Assembly: GCF_964204865.1 (NCBI RefSeq)
Contig: NC_135258.1
Coordinates: 21,204,001 to 21,268,000, forward strand
DNA length: 64,000 nt
DNA from: Styela clava
Taxonomy: Eukaryota
Reading direction: 5' to 3'
The translations under genes and the position numbers were made by a program. The notes beneath the pieces were generated by a model. It did not search any database, was not told where the DNA came from, and saw only the letters and a list, made by a program, of their open reading frames with translations. The number at the start of each line of letters is the position of its first letter. Position 1 is the stretch's first letter. Of the stretch, positions 38,830 through 52,300 are shown one piece after another.

Positions 38830-41800
38830 ATGGAATTAATTTTAAAACGGACTTGGATATTTGCAGTGTTCATAAGTATCAACATTCTTCATCTTCATGG
38901 TGCAATCAACAAATGTCCGGGTATAAAAGGATGTGTGTGAGTTATTTTGCATTTCGCAATATTTATACAGAAGGCTATATAAACAATATTTCTTATATTA
39001 CAGGAAATGCTGATAACTTGAATTAGTTTTTATGCAACTATTCATTCCTCATCAAAGGCTTCAATGAAAAATAGGCAGAAATCACGAAATATTGAAAAGT
39101 GGACAACTTTTGTAAAACTTAATTGCCCAAATAGATTAATTTTCACTTGGATTTATTAGGAATTGTAAAAGCTTATTTGTAAATGTTTTTTCACTTGTAT
39201 TCGTGTATATACACATGCCTGTATTCGATTTATACAAAACACTACAAGAAAACGTTGCAAATTAACTAGATTCAACAACAGTACGCGGTTTCGAATAATT
39301 TCCTAAATACAATTACAGGTATACAACATCCATTTTAAATGGATCAATGTAACAGGTGATTGGTGAGTCGAATTAACATCATTAACTTATATTTAATATA
39401 ATTGCCAACTACAGGTGTGACAGGATCTGGAGTAGGGATGGTATTCGATTCAGATGTAGTGAAGCAGAAGATCCACCACTTCATCTCATACCACATGAAA
39501 ATATAACATCGATTTTATTTATAAGTAAGTGTTTTATATTAATACAACATTTCAATGCAAAGTAAAACATGACAACAAATGTCAATTTTTCAAACATTTG
39601 ATTCAGGATCAACTTTTCACAATATATCAGCAATATATGAACTACGGAAAACTAATGCAAGGAGAATATCGTTAATTGAAAACAAGTTTGTACACAAAAA
39701 AATGACTTCGCTGAATTGGAACTGTATGCCAAGTATGTTGTTATTACTGGTACATCAAATCTTTTGAATAGTAAGCTTTATATGAAATCCTACAAGTTTT
39801 ATCAGTAGTTTTTAACAGAAAGAAATGATATATATTTATATAAACTGTGATTTATTGTAATTTATCAATACTTCTAATCAGCACAATAAATACTCTCTAT
39901 ACCCAATGAGCTCCATTCAAGTAATGATGGTGTGAATTGAATCAAGCCAAACGTTCAATGTTCATAATTACCTCAATATATTATGGTAAATATTGTTTTT
40001 GCAGGCACAATATTCAATATTTCTGTATCAGAAAACGGCTTTGATGGATTCACAGATGGAAATAAAACGGGAATGGCATGTAGACTACACAGATTTAAGA
40101 ACAATATCACATTGCAGATAAGAGGGGAAAATATTATAGGAATGCCAGAATGCATACCCGAAAGTACTAGCACCCTCATTCTCAACAATATGCCTGCAAG
40201 CAATGAAACTCAACCTGAAGTAAAATGGCCGGAAAAGATATCCCTATTAAAAATAGTTGGAGGTGGAATGAAAAATTTTTCTAAAGCTTTTGCAGATGCA
40301 CCCAGCTCCTTGAAACGAATATGGATACATAACGGCATTCTTGATGAAGGGAAATGGCCAACAGGATTACCAGCAAACTTCGTAGAAAAGTTGATCCTGA
40401 CCCATTCAAAAATGCATACCATTTCATCTACGGAAATGAAAAGATTTCAGAAAGCTAATAAATTAAATACACTCATCTTGAATTATAATAATTTGAAAGA
40501 CATTCCAAAAGATCTCCCCTTATCATTGATCAACCTACAAATGTCTCACAACAAAATCTACCAAGTGTCACCAAAAAACTGGGAAAATTTGTCAAACCTG
40601 AAATTTTTAGATTTATCTAATAATCTTCTGGTGATGGTACCAAGACAAATGCCTTCTACATTACAAACATTATACTTCCATGGAAATTTGATAGAATTCA
40701 GTGACCCAGAGGCTTTCATTGCAATGAAAAACTTGGAGGTACTTGATCTGTCAGATAACAAGTAAGTGTATTTGATAACCAATAACAATCATTAGCTTTA
40801 CAAACTACCCAGTATGGACAAAATCACGTTGACATATTGGCAGAATAACTTTCAATAACGCTCTAAACATCCCTAAAACACCCCTGCAGTGATGACCAGG
40901 ATAAATTTTTCAAGATGAATTTGATCAAATCTTAGTTTTTCACACAACAGCAGATAACTTTATTTTACTTTTTTACAATCAAGGCTATCATCTATGCCAA
41001 GAGGAATCCAGCCTGGAATACAGAAATATTTGATCACCCACAATCAAATATCAATTGTGAACGGGCCAAGTGATTACAACTTCTGTACAAGTTGTTCAAT
41101 ATTCCAACTGCAAGCAAACCCATGGTATTGCAACACACAAATGCTGCAAATGCTCAGTTGGCTGATAAGTCACGATATCATAATAGGAAGTTCAGGGTTT
41201 TATGAAAAAAGTGACACAGAAAATGTTGCTTACTGCAGTAAAATTCCAATAAAAGGTGAGTCCTCAAAGTTGTCAAGTCTGCAACACCAACTTAGTTAGG
41301 CCTATTGGACTAACTACTTGGACAGGCGTGGGAATCTGCAAAAAACTACCGTAATTAAATTCCATTGCAGGTATTGATATATACTGGCTGAATGTGGCAA
41401 TTGAATACATGGAATATATCAAGCAACCACCAAACGACAAATGCATCTATGAAATCGAGTATTTAACTTGTCAGGATGCGGGTCTAACATCAGTGCCAGA
41501 TCAAATTCCACCAAACTTGGAAAATGTGATAATCTCAGACAACCCAGATCTGACATTTATACCCGATGACAAATTCAAAACACAAACTGAATTGAAAAAG
41601 TAAGCAAGACCATGTTTAAATAACTATTTGACGATTGGAAACATAATGATGGCAATCTTCAACATTTCGAATCTTTTCTTTCAGATTAATTTTAAACAAT
41701 AACAGTATCAGCCACATTCCAATTGGTTTGCCAAAATCATTGATAATGCTTGAATTGAGAGACAATGAGATTGGGAACTGGAATTCAAAAGATTTGAGAG

Positions 41801-44800
41801 CACTGCAGAACTTGACAAATTTAAGACAAATATATCTTGAAAACAACAATATAAGTGTACTTTACGCTTATCAGTTCGAAGGACTGACAGAGATGAATTG
41901 GGTTGGATTGAGCAGAAATCAACTGGTAAAATACATGATAAATTGACTCTGTAATATATTAAATCTCCAAACAAAGCCTCAGACAAAACAGCAAGAAAGA
42001 TTGTGAAAGGTTACAAAGAAAGCAAAAAAACTTTACATGCATAATTTCAATGATACTAATACACACTTTATCACACAGCATTGTGACTGTTCCCTGCAAT
42101 CCTTTGTTATCTGGTTTAATGACATAGCACCAAGAGACTACAAGTTTGTCGGGCCTTCATTTCCTGAATGTAGTTCACCAGTAAGTCAACAAGGTATGGA
42201 CATCCGCCATCTACATGGACATTTCATGTAAGCTTCATTATACCGAGCAATTAAATAGGATATAATGAATCAGCGTAGTATTAGTGCTAAACAGTGCCGC
42301 AATCGAATAACTCAAACCCTTAACCGATAAACTTTGAATTGCAGTGGCGCGGAAGTTCAGTAATACCACAAAGCAGAAATTGAGTATAACAAAGTTATGA
42401 ATCTATTATATTCATAACTAGCAATATCTAATTAAACAATTAATATTGAATCATTCCTTTCCACCATAGAAAAATGAAAATCTTCTATTCTATACCTCAA
42501 TGATAAGAATTATTTCAGATATGGAGTGCAATGCGCACCAATTAGATGTGAATGGAAAAGCAACAACCGACCAATACTGAATTGTTCAAGGGCTTTTCTG
42601 GTAATTACTTGAAGAAAATATAAATATGGAGAAATTTAACAATGTAAAAAAAACATGTAACAAGATGCAATTATAGAAACCACTTTTATATATCATAAGT
42701 GACATAAATATGCATATGACATATCAAGTATAGCAAAGCCCAAGTCGCTTGAATCGCTTATCTAAATTTTCCAGTAATAATAGAGATAGCAACTAAGCAT
42801 ATTTGTATTTAGAATGATGATTCCATTAATACCTACAAACCCCCATATGAAGAAGGAATTGCTCCCGTTATTCCAGAAAACAGTTATTGGACAAGTTTGG
42901 ATCTAAGTGGATTGATGCTGAAGGATGACCAAATTCAATACAGCCATCTAACAAGGTTGATGTCGGTCAACTTATCAGGTATCACTCAATCAAGTTAAAT
43001 GAAATGAAATTCCACTTATTTCAGATGAAATACCGGTAAATTGGATAAACATAAAATTTCTTATGCAACAACTCAAAAACCAAAGAACCACTCAAAAGAA
43101 AATTTACCGTTGTTTTTCCTTTTAAGATTTGATGATTGATAAGGCTTAAAATACACAAAATATTATTTCTTTCTCTAGAAAATTCTCTCACACAAATACC
43201 TCTGACTGGATTTGGTCCATCCGTGCAAATTATGAACTTATCTCGGAATTTTATCGAACATCTGCCATCGACACAAGAATTCAAGAAATATTTTCCAAAG
43301 ATTAAGTCACTGGATTTGAGCAAGAACAGAATCAAGTATGTAGCGATAATGTCCAAATCAAACCAAATAGTCTTAAGCAGTTTTCAAATACCACGACCCC
43401 GCCAAATATCGTTGTAAGTGTTAATCAGAATAATATCGAATCGTTGACAAATGCACATATTCACACTCACTTATATTTAAAACATTTTACCTTGCTCCAA
43501 TTGGTCTTATTTTCTAGGTTTGCATATATATTTATAATACAATATAACTTATAATATATACTGGTAATTCCCTATTCTCAGATACAAGAAAAATTCAAAT
43601 TTCAATTATTTCACACATATCTTCACTACGAAAGTCTACGATGAAGCATTATTAAAGCTTAATTACTGTTCAGTTGGTTTTTAATAAACTGAAATGTGGT
43701 GTCAAATTTCATAATGTGTTAATGAATGAATACGATAAAGAAAATACAAAGTGCTGTTCTACAAAATGTACAAAAAAATAGCAAAAAACAAGTGGCAGTC
43801 AAGAAACTGCATTGACATCAAGTATATGATTCATAGCAGGTATCCTTGGAAACTACTTTCGTTAATTTGAATGAGAAAACGTCAGCCAGCATGACTTAAC
43901 ACTTGAAATATTACTCATCGATAATTAAAGTTAAGCAACATTGCAATTTTATAGACACCTTGATTTTGTGGAAGTTGGAACATTGGAGTTCGTAGATACC
44001 TTATTGCTGACCGGAAATCCTTTCATTTGCAACTGTTCACTTAGAACATTAGTTGAATGGATTCATGTGAACAAAGAAAACACCAAAATGGTGCGTCAAC
44101 ATCAGTTACAGGTCAGTTTGATCAAGAATGATTCATATTTCATACATCAGTGGTTCGCCTTTCCTCTGCCCCAGGATAAATATGTAACTGAATGAAGCTT
44201 GCGATTAGCAGTGGCAAAACTACAACTGGTAACCGTTGCATGATTTTCATTGAGAGACAGAGCCTACCAGAAGGTCGTACTACATTCCCATTGTACTTCT
44301 AAACATTTCACCAAATTCTCACCTTTTTCTAAATGTTTAAAACAACATTTCAAAATATTAATTGAAAATATTGAAATCAATTTCTTTGGGCTTGTTTCAC
44401 TCGTAAACCTACAATCTTATTATAAACATGTCGAATAAGCTAGCGGAGAATTATAATCCAGTTGGTTTTATGTCTGGTGACATGCGGAGTTCTAGAGGTA
44501 ACATTGTGGAAGCCCAATGGAGTCTTGCTGGTTTAATAACCAGAGAATTTTTTTTTTCAAGGAATTAACTTGTAAAACAAGTCAACGAAGAAACGCAAGA
44601 ACATTGCAGATAATGTCAACTAAAGATGAAGAGTATTGTCCTGAATTACCAGTAGTGACGATCATCATTAGCATACTATCATTCATACTCATCTGTGTCA
44701 TAATCGTGTTTATTGTCCATGTTTATATGCAAAGAGTAAGTAGGAATTTGTTTATCAGAAATATTTTTTAGTTTTTTTTCAGTGGTTTACCAATTCCTAA

Positions 44801-45978
44801 GGAAGTTTGTGGGATTGTTAGAGTAACGAGCATAATAAGCACCTTTTGTATTCTATCTCATGTCACATACTAAGGAAAATTCTGAAATTTGCCGAATGGA
44901 ATCTACTTGTCAACTTCAAGTTCAAAGTTTGCCCAACTCAATAAAGCATTAAAATCAATTGAAAAATGATATTAAAATCTGTTTACAGCAACGAACCAAA
45001 AAAATACATGAAGAAATACTGCTTGGGTTCCAAGGTTTACTGGAAAAGGAAATAAAAGAAGGTGAACGAGATCCAGAAACAGGCATGGGATTGGAAAAAG
45101 AATTGAAATTTGATGCTTTTGTTTCCTATGATGCTAATGGAGCGGATGCTGAATTTGTAATGACACTTCTAGAGGTAACAAGTGACCAAATTATGTTATA
45201 TAACTTTATTCAATGTTGTCCTGAAATTCCTTTGCTTTTGCTTAAATTAGGATTTTAGGATGCAACACTACTGATATGATTGCAAACTTTGTAAATGTAA
45301 TTGGTTGTTTTCATAATGTGGATTGTACGACATAGAAATAAATATCAGCACAGCCTTGATTAGAATATGATATTTAGTCAAAACCAGGAAATATCCTTTG
45401 TTAAGGAACTGGAAGACAAGCGAGGATACAAGCTTTGTCTGAATGAAAGAGACTTTATGCCTGGTGCTGGTATCACTGACAACATTGTTGAATGCATTGG
45501 AACATCCAAACGTATTATCTTAATCTTATCAAGAACATTTGTGTCAAGTCCGTGGTGTCAGTATGAAGTGCAAGTTGCATTAGCTGAACTTCATCATAGA
45601 AGAAAAAGTCAGCTACTCATTTCACTTCTTCTTGAGGTATAAATTAATTAATTTACTCATAATTTAAAGATGATTTAAAGTAATATTACTACCGCTCAAT
45701 CTATTGATTAACCTTAAACACCATGGTTTTCAATAATAGAATATCAGTACAAATTTAATTTAATGAACAACAAGGTAATGACATAAACTCAAAACAAATA
45801 TAAAAACATTTTACAGGATATATCAAGTGATGAAAACCTTGCCAGCAGCGTGAGAACATTTTTGTCATTGGTTCCAAGTATACCTGTTCCTGCTTACACA
45901 GCAAATGATAATGAAACTTGGAAAAAGTTCTGGAGAGAATTATTAAACATGATGCCAAATCCATCTAATATCATTTGA
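38830..45978 (+). CDS. Toll-like receptor D (multi-cysteine-cluster type), ~1101 aa, 16 coding exons
   Basis: Exons 38830-38936, 39415-39524, 39607-39732, 40005-40761, 40984-41255, 41371-41599, 41685-41925, 42079-42227, 42519-42600, 42813-42978, 43179-43335, 43955-44111, 44562-44735, 44989-45174, 45406-45636, 45817-45978 (3306 nt, in frame). Signal peptide; LRRCTs NPWYCN, NQLHCDC, NPFICNC; TM VVTIIISILSFILICVIIVFIVHVYM; TIR FDAFVSY / CLNERDFMPG / SPWCQYE / KFW. Confidence 0.9.
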
Positions 45979-46366
45979 CAAAGAATAACAATGCTGATGT
46001 TCTTACATTTACATCAGGCAGTCGTGAATTAATGAGCATTTCAAAGAGTTGAAAATTAAATAATGAAAATATATTTAATATTGAGTGTTATATTCCACAA
46101 CACTCGTCAGCTGAAGGTCAAAATGCCATAGGATTTATTTGCTATTTTCTGATTTATATAGTTCAGTTTGTTCATTTATATTTACTCACTTCATTGGTTC
46201 AGTTATAATATTTTTTTTTTCATGATAAGAAAACTAAGTCGGTTATTCACATTTTCTATGTAAACATATCAAGAGAAAGATGTATTTAGTTAACTTTCAC
46301 CCTACTTTGTGGAGCAAATAATTTGCATTTTGTTTGAATAAGCTCATGTCCATGTGGCTGTTGATT

Positions 46367-49300
46367 TCATACCCAGAATAACATGATGATGCTCAAATGT
46401 GGGTTCTTTATCTTATGGAATCCTGATGATTTCACTCGATAAAATGAAATTTGCCCAAATTCAATTTTTACATTTTCCATTTCTACATAGCCAGAAATTG
46501 CCAAAAATTTTAACATTTCATACATTTTTTCATTTTCCTACTATGCTTGCATCTTGTGATTCATATTTGATAAAATGAACTTTAATTAGTTTTGGATAAT
46601 TTTGATGATAATAAATAATGAAAATTAAATCCTTGTATTGTGATATAGAGAAGCAAACTAGTAAAATGACTCACGATTTTCTCTGTTAGAGTCATGGTAC
46701 AGCTGCCACCCATCCAACGAAACCACTCTCCAAGGTTGGCCACAGTACATGCAGAGATCTTGTGCCTGAAAATGCAAAGTTGGAATTTACCGAGATTCGA
46801 TACGTATGCTTACAAAAAAAAAATATAGAACAAAATCTTTATGCTGCTAAATGAGAGCTTAAAACTATTCCAAAATTAAATGTCAGCTGCTTTTAAATGG
46901 ATGAATTCAATGGTAAAAACTTTGCCTCGGTTGTCATGTTAAACTTTTAATGAATGCTTATTCAAATTAGAAAACATGCATCCAATTTTAAAAAGAAATG
47001 TCTCCCTATTATGCTATGCAGTCATGACACCAACTATTAAATGATTTGAAAATGACAAGCATATCTGCAAGTGTTACTACAATCAGGGATGAGGATCCAT
47101 AGCTGGAGTCAAAGTCATGGAACTGTGATATTTTGGTATAGTTGGAGCCAAGCTTACCATGTTAGATGGAGCTGGAGCTGGAGCAACCCGAAATTAGTGG
47201 CTCCAGCTCTTAACCATCCAATCATTTTTTAACATTTATAATTTCCTAATACTATAAAATCTATCCTTTTCAGCTCATAAAATTCTATAAATTTTAATTT
47301 ATACTGCATTTAGGCAGATGTTTTATGGTAGCGGTCACACTTAAAAACCTCAATGGGTATGGAGCCACAGCTGGAGCAGAAAATAAAGTTTGGATATACT
47401 GTGGCTCCCAGAGCTGAGGCCAGGGCCACAGTGATTCTGAACCAGCTTCCCAGCACTGGTTATAACAAAAGGAACAATTTAGTTTGTATTCTTGATATAT
47501 TGACCGACATATAACCAAAAATAGAGTGCATGTATCACAATTTTTGCAATGCATTGTAAACTAACTTCTACGTATACCTTTTCAATTTTTCCAGCTCTTA
47601 TAAATGAAAACATTGATTTTAGGAGTCGAATTTCATCACTTTGATCTAGATCTGCCAGAGGTTTACGTTGTCGGGAAGGTGCATCTGGGTCCTAAATAAA
47701 ATGAGTGTAATGTAATCAACCACGACAGATTGAATATAAAATAGTAAAGGATGTAAAAATAGTACCAGTACAACACATTAGGTGAAATAAAATCTTGAAT
47801 GAATGGATCTGAAATACTAATAAAAAGATGTCATTTTTTTTCAATTGAATAAAATTTAGATATTGTTCATATTCATTCACAAATACACAACTGATTATTG
47901 AAAAATTTAATTCAGAGTTTATTTAACCAAGACATCAAGTCATCAAGCGGTATGACTTAAACGTTATGCATGTACGGTCGGTCCATTTTGGCTGGATCCA
48001 ATCCAACCCTTACAATTTTATATAGGAGAAAATTTGACAATATGGGATATTCACACCATAGCTTAACCATATGACACGAAGACATACCCACTGTTGGAGC
48101 TACAGAAGTCGCAACCGCTTGTTTTGAATTTTTTACTTTTGTGTTTAATCTTATGTAACCCCCTGTTAAAAAATCCTAACTGCACCATGACGCCATTAAT
48201 ATATCCCATGACACCAAGAACCAAGATTCATAATTCTCAGCAAAAAAAAAAATGTTCATATTGAATGTCTAATCTACACACAAGTATCTAATATATTTTT
48301 AGTATTGAAGCGTCCCTGAAAGGTCAGCAATTTTAAGTAGAACAAAGAAAACAATCTATAAAATAGTTCATAAACGATCAAAATCTTATTCCGAGAAGGC
48401 GGGAAAAAATTTGTTAGGAACTGGTGACTAGGGATGATAAAATATGCAACAAACACCAAGAAATGATTGAAACTTACCATCTGAGAAACCATATGTTTGT
48501 CACCAGTTCCCTTTTCTCCTCTTAATTTTCTCTGTGAGAGATAATGAAGTGTGTTCTCCCTGCGCAAGTGGAAATACATAGGTTGAATAGAAGTATTTTA
48601 ACAGTTTATTTTGAGATATTTGAAATACGGTATTAAATTATTCAATAAACATTCTGACTATAATATTGAGCAAGTGAACACTTTTCATGCTGGTGTATTT
48701 CTATAACAAAACTCATATTTGCTGGGTTGATATTGTGCACTTGGATGATTAAAATGAAAGGAGTTGGTGACTTACCAACTACAAACCAGTACACCTCTGC
48801 TGCCCACTGACGGCTTGTTGGAACTCATGTTAACAGCACAAAAGTCTCAGTTAAAAAAGTTTTTGGAATGGTGGAGGTCGAAGTTAAAATGAAGGAATGA
48901 AAAAAAGATTTTTTTTTCATGGAAGCCATGACAACTTTACTGAAACTACTATTAAACTCCTAAAAGCCGAACAAATTGGACCAACATATTTCCACCAAAA
49001 GATTAAAGAAAATGTGTGAATGTAAACATAGCCATTGCAATGTAGTACATATCCCAGCGGTTATGTTAACACAAGTGACACAACCATCACATAAGAATTG
49101 TTAAAAATAAGGCGAGAACAAAATTTCATCTGACCAGCAAACATTTTCAGAATAATGTTGAACTTTATCAACAACTTCGTCATCTAAATCATCTGCTGCA
49201 TTTCTTTCGAGCCAATCAATAACGATCTATAAAAAAATATAAGTATATATGAACAGTGAGCGACACGATTGTGAGACAGGGCATTCATGGATTAACCAGA

Positions 49301-52300
49301 GAAGATATTAGAGTACAACACAATATTCATATTAATAACGATAACAACATTATACCATGATTCTTCCGAAATAAACATGATCTAGTTCAAACAGACTTAT
49401 GAAAAAACGAGTAACATAAAATCTATAAAAATATAGTGAGCATTGGTGCTTAATTGACAAACAGAGAAACGAAGCAACATATTTTTACTCAATGCCTTAT
49501 TGGACATTGAAAAAGACATTTTAGTGCTGAAAATTGGCCTTGTCTTATTCTCCAGATAGATTTACAGTACCTGTGCTTGTCTTATATCAGCGTTCTCCTT
49601 GAAGAGATTGTTCACTACTTTCTTTTCGCTAGTATGCTCCGTCTGGGAAATGAATCAATATAAAATGAAACGCACAATTATATGAATAGGAAGGCACTGG
49701 TGTCATTCAGATAAGCTGAACGTAGTGCACCTGCTCAACAAATTTTTCTTGCTCGCTTCTAGTTTAAAAGGTATATTAATATCAAACAAACATCATTGTT
49801 ACCCTTTTTATATTACTCAATATATTAGAATGATGAGAGATTGAAATTTGATGATGAAAAATATGTTGCAACTGCATGTTCAAATGATCAAAATAATGGA
49901 GTAGCAGTAGCCTATTTGTATTTTGCTTCTTTACTACATAGTGTCACACATTTTGCTTCTTACATGAATGTTACATAGATCAGTAATATCACATATTTCT
50001 CACAAGTACCAGAAAGTCATTCTTGGAATAAGAAGTTTCAAAAACTGGATCAACCAGAAAAAATGGATAAGAGAAAGAATGAGTCTGTTCACAATAAGCC
50101 TAAATGCGTTTGAACATGACAGTAAGAGTATTCAAATCTTACCATGTCATCCACAACCATGCTGCTTTCCATAGCCTCAGTTTTCAGACGATCGCTGTGA
50201 ATAAACAATGATAGAGTCAACATTCATTCAACTATAGAGCTTGATCAAGTCAGGTAAAAAAGTTGATTTTCCGAGCAATTTACATTTTGTATTCATACAT
50301 TACCTGTAGAGATTGTACCGATTCATAACTACTCTCATTCTCCAAATATATTTATTGATAAATGATAGAAATTTTAGCAAAGCACACTTGAGAATACATA
50401 CTTGTATAGACATGCAATTAACCTCCATGTTCTTTTTTCATCTCTCACCATCGCCAACAGATTCACAGAATTGAGACTGTGAAATTTATGAAAATATAAA
50501 TAAGATCACTGACACATTATTGAAAAATATACTCATCAAAAATTCAAACTCACGCAGGGTCGGGTCGAGCAACTCCCAAAATTTTTCTGAGTAATGCCTC
50601 ATGATCTGAGCAAACTTCTTCATAACTGGAAAGTAAGTCAAAAACGTCTGATGCGGATTCATGTCGCTGAAAACAGTGTTTGAAGTCTGTGAAGAGACTG
50701 GACGTGGCTGGAAAACATATATGAGATTTTTGATTAAACATTCACTTGTTCTTGACCCAGGGTAAAGTATAGAGAACCTTAAAGATCTACTGTATTTTAT
50801 GGAAATTTCTCGAGATATTGAGAAGAAATATATATTATTTTGACCACGTAGAAATGCCATTATTACCGATTTACTCATGTGTTTAGTATCAGTGTTTTAT
50901 TCCTAAGCTGAGTTACGTAAATACTCAACACTGAGTATTCAAGAGATTACCAATTTGCAGAGCTTTTATTTATCATGTAATACGAAAGTAACATGGACAT
51001 GATCTAAAATGAAAAGCATAAAAATGTCAACTATCCGCTTCACAAATATCGCATCCCGGGGTCAGTAATGATAATATTGTTCGCTCAAAATTGGGACCGT
51101 GAATTACAAACTGTGATACAAATCCCACACAGAAGATAAAAATGAGAATAAAATGGATTTGTGTTGTGAATGCACTCCTTAATAGTTGTCTCTAACATCT
51201 TCGCCGATGTGAACTCACAATTCTGTCCGAAATATAAAAACCAAACTACGATATTCGCCGTTGCGTGAGAATTAATATTGGAATAAAAAAGTGCTTTAAT
51301 ATAACTTAACAACATTAATTGGAATGTCGGCCGCCGAAACAATCGCGGTGACAAAGCTGCATTGTTACGGACTTTTCAGTCTTCCAGTAAAATCCGAAAA
51401 AAAAAAAATTTATTGTCACGGCGATTGTTTCGGTGGTCGACATCCAAATTAATGTTTAAAATGACAATACTTATTATTCGGTGTTCGTTAAAAATATTCG
51501 AATAACTCTAATAAAAAATACGATTTTACCCGCCACTAATCACAGCGCATGTTAATAATCATTGAATGACAATAAAAAATCAACTTGATAAACAATAAAT
51601 TCCAAGTAATAGTTTCACATTTCATGCATTTGATCTACATGCGCTACATGCGAGCGTGTTTTTTGTACATATAAACCATCATGACGCTACTGACATCTGC
51701 GAGTTATAGTTCTCTCCAAAATTAATTTTCGCGATTTTATTGTTTTATTTCTAAATGCTGGTACCCGCTGACTACGAATTAATGGTCGATGTTTGAAATA
51801 GGACTTGCAAAATATTCACCAAACACTAGCAGGCAAAGAGAGGCGGGCTACATGTAACTGTGGAATTTCGCTGTGAACAACCAAGCATTTTAGTTTATTA
51901 AACACATTATTACGTCGTCGTGAATAGCACTTTTGGTGTAATGTTTCAATTTCACCGTAACCCCACCGTTGGAAAAATCCTGGCTGCGCCCCTGATCATA
52001 ACATATCAGTAATATGTTACTAGAGCTCGACCGATATCACTTTTTGGCACCGATACCGATAACGATATATCGGCCAACTAGTGACCGATAACCGATATCG
52101 ACATACCGATATCTACAACCTGAACCCGCGATAAATACAAACAGAAAGAAAAATTCAGTTTCAGTCAATCAAAAGTTTATGTTGAAAAATAAAGCAGTCC
52201 TACACAGTGCTTGCATCATTGATAAAAGTTTCACAGCAATTAATAAGAACACACATTAATGCACAAAACAGAAGGCAAAGTTTGAAAAAACCAAGCACAA

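Noticed and set aside
39319-39362. Possible extra mini-exon in TLR-D intron 1 (acag|...tg|gtgagt)
   Set aside because: In the phase set by exon 1 it contains a stop, and the paralogs have no such exon.
12901-45978. VLR-like somatically assembled LRR cassette locus
   Set aside because: The LRR segments are ordinary spliceable exons of four complete genes, each with its own signal-peptide exon. There are no orphan cassettes and no incomplete germline gene.
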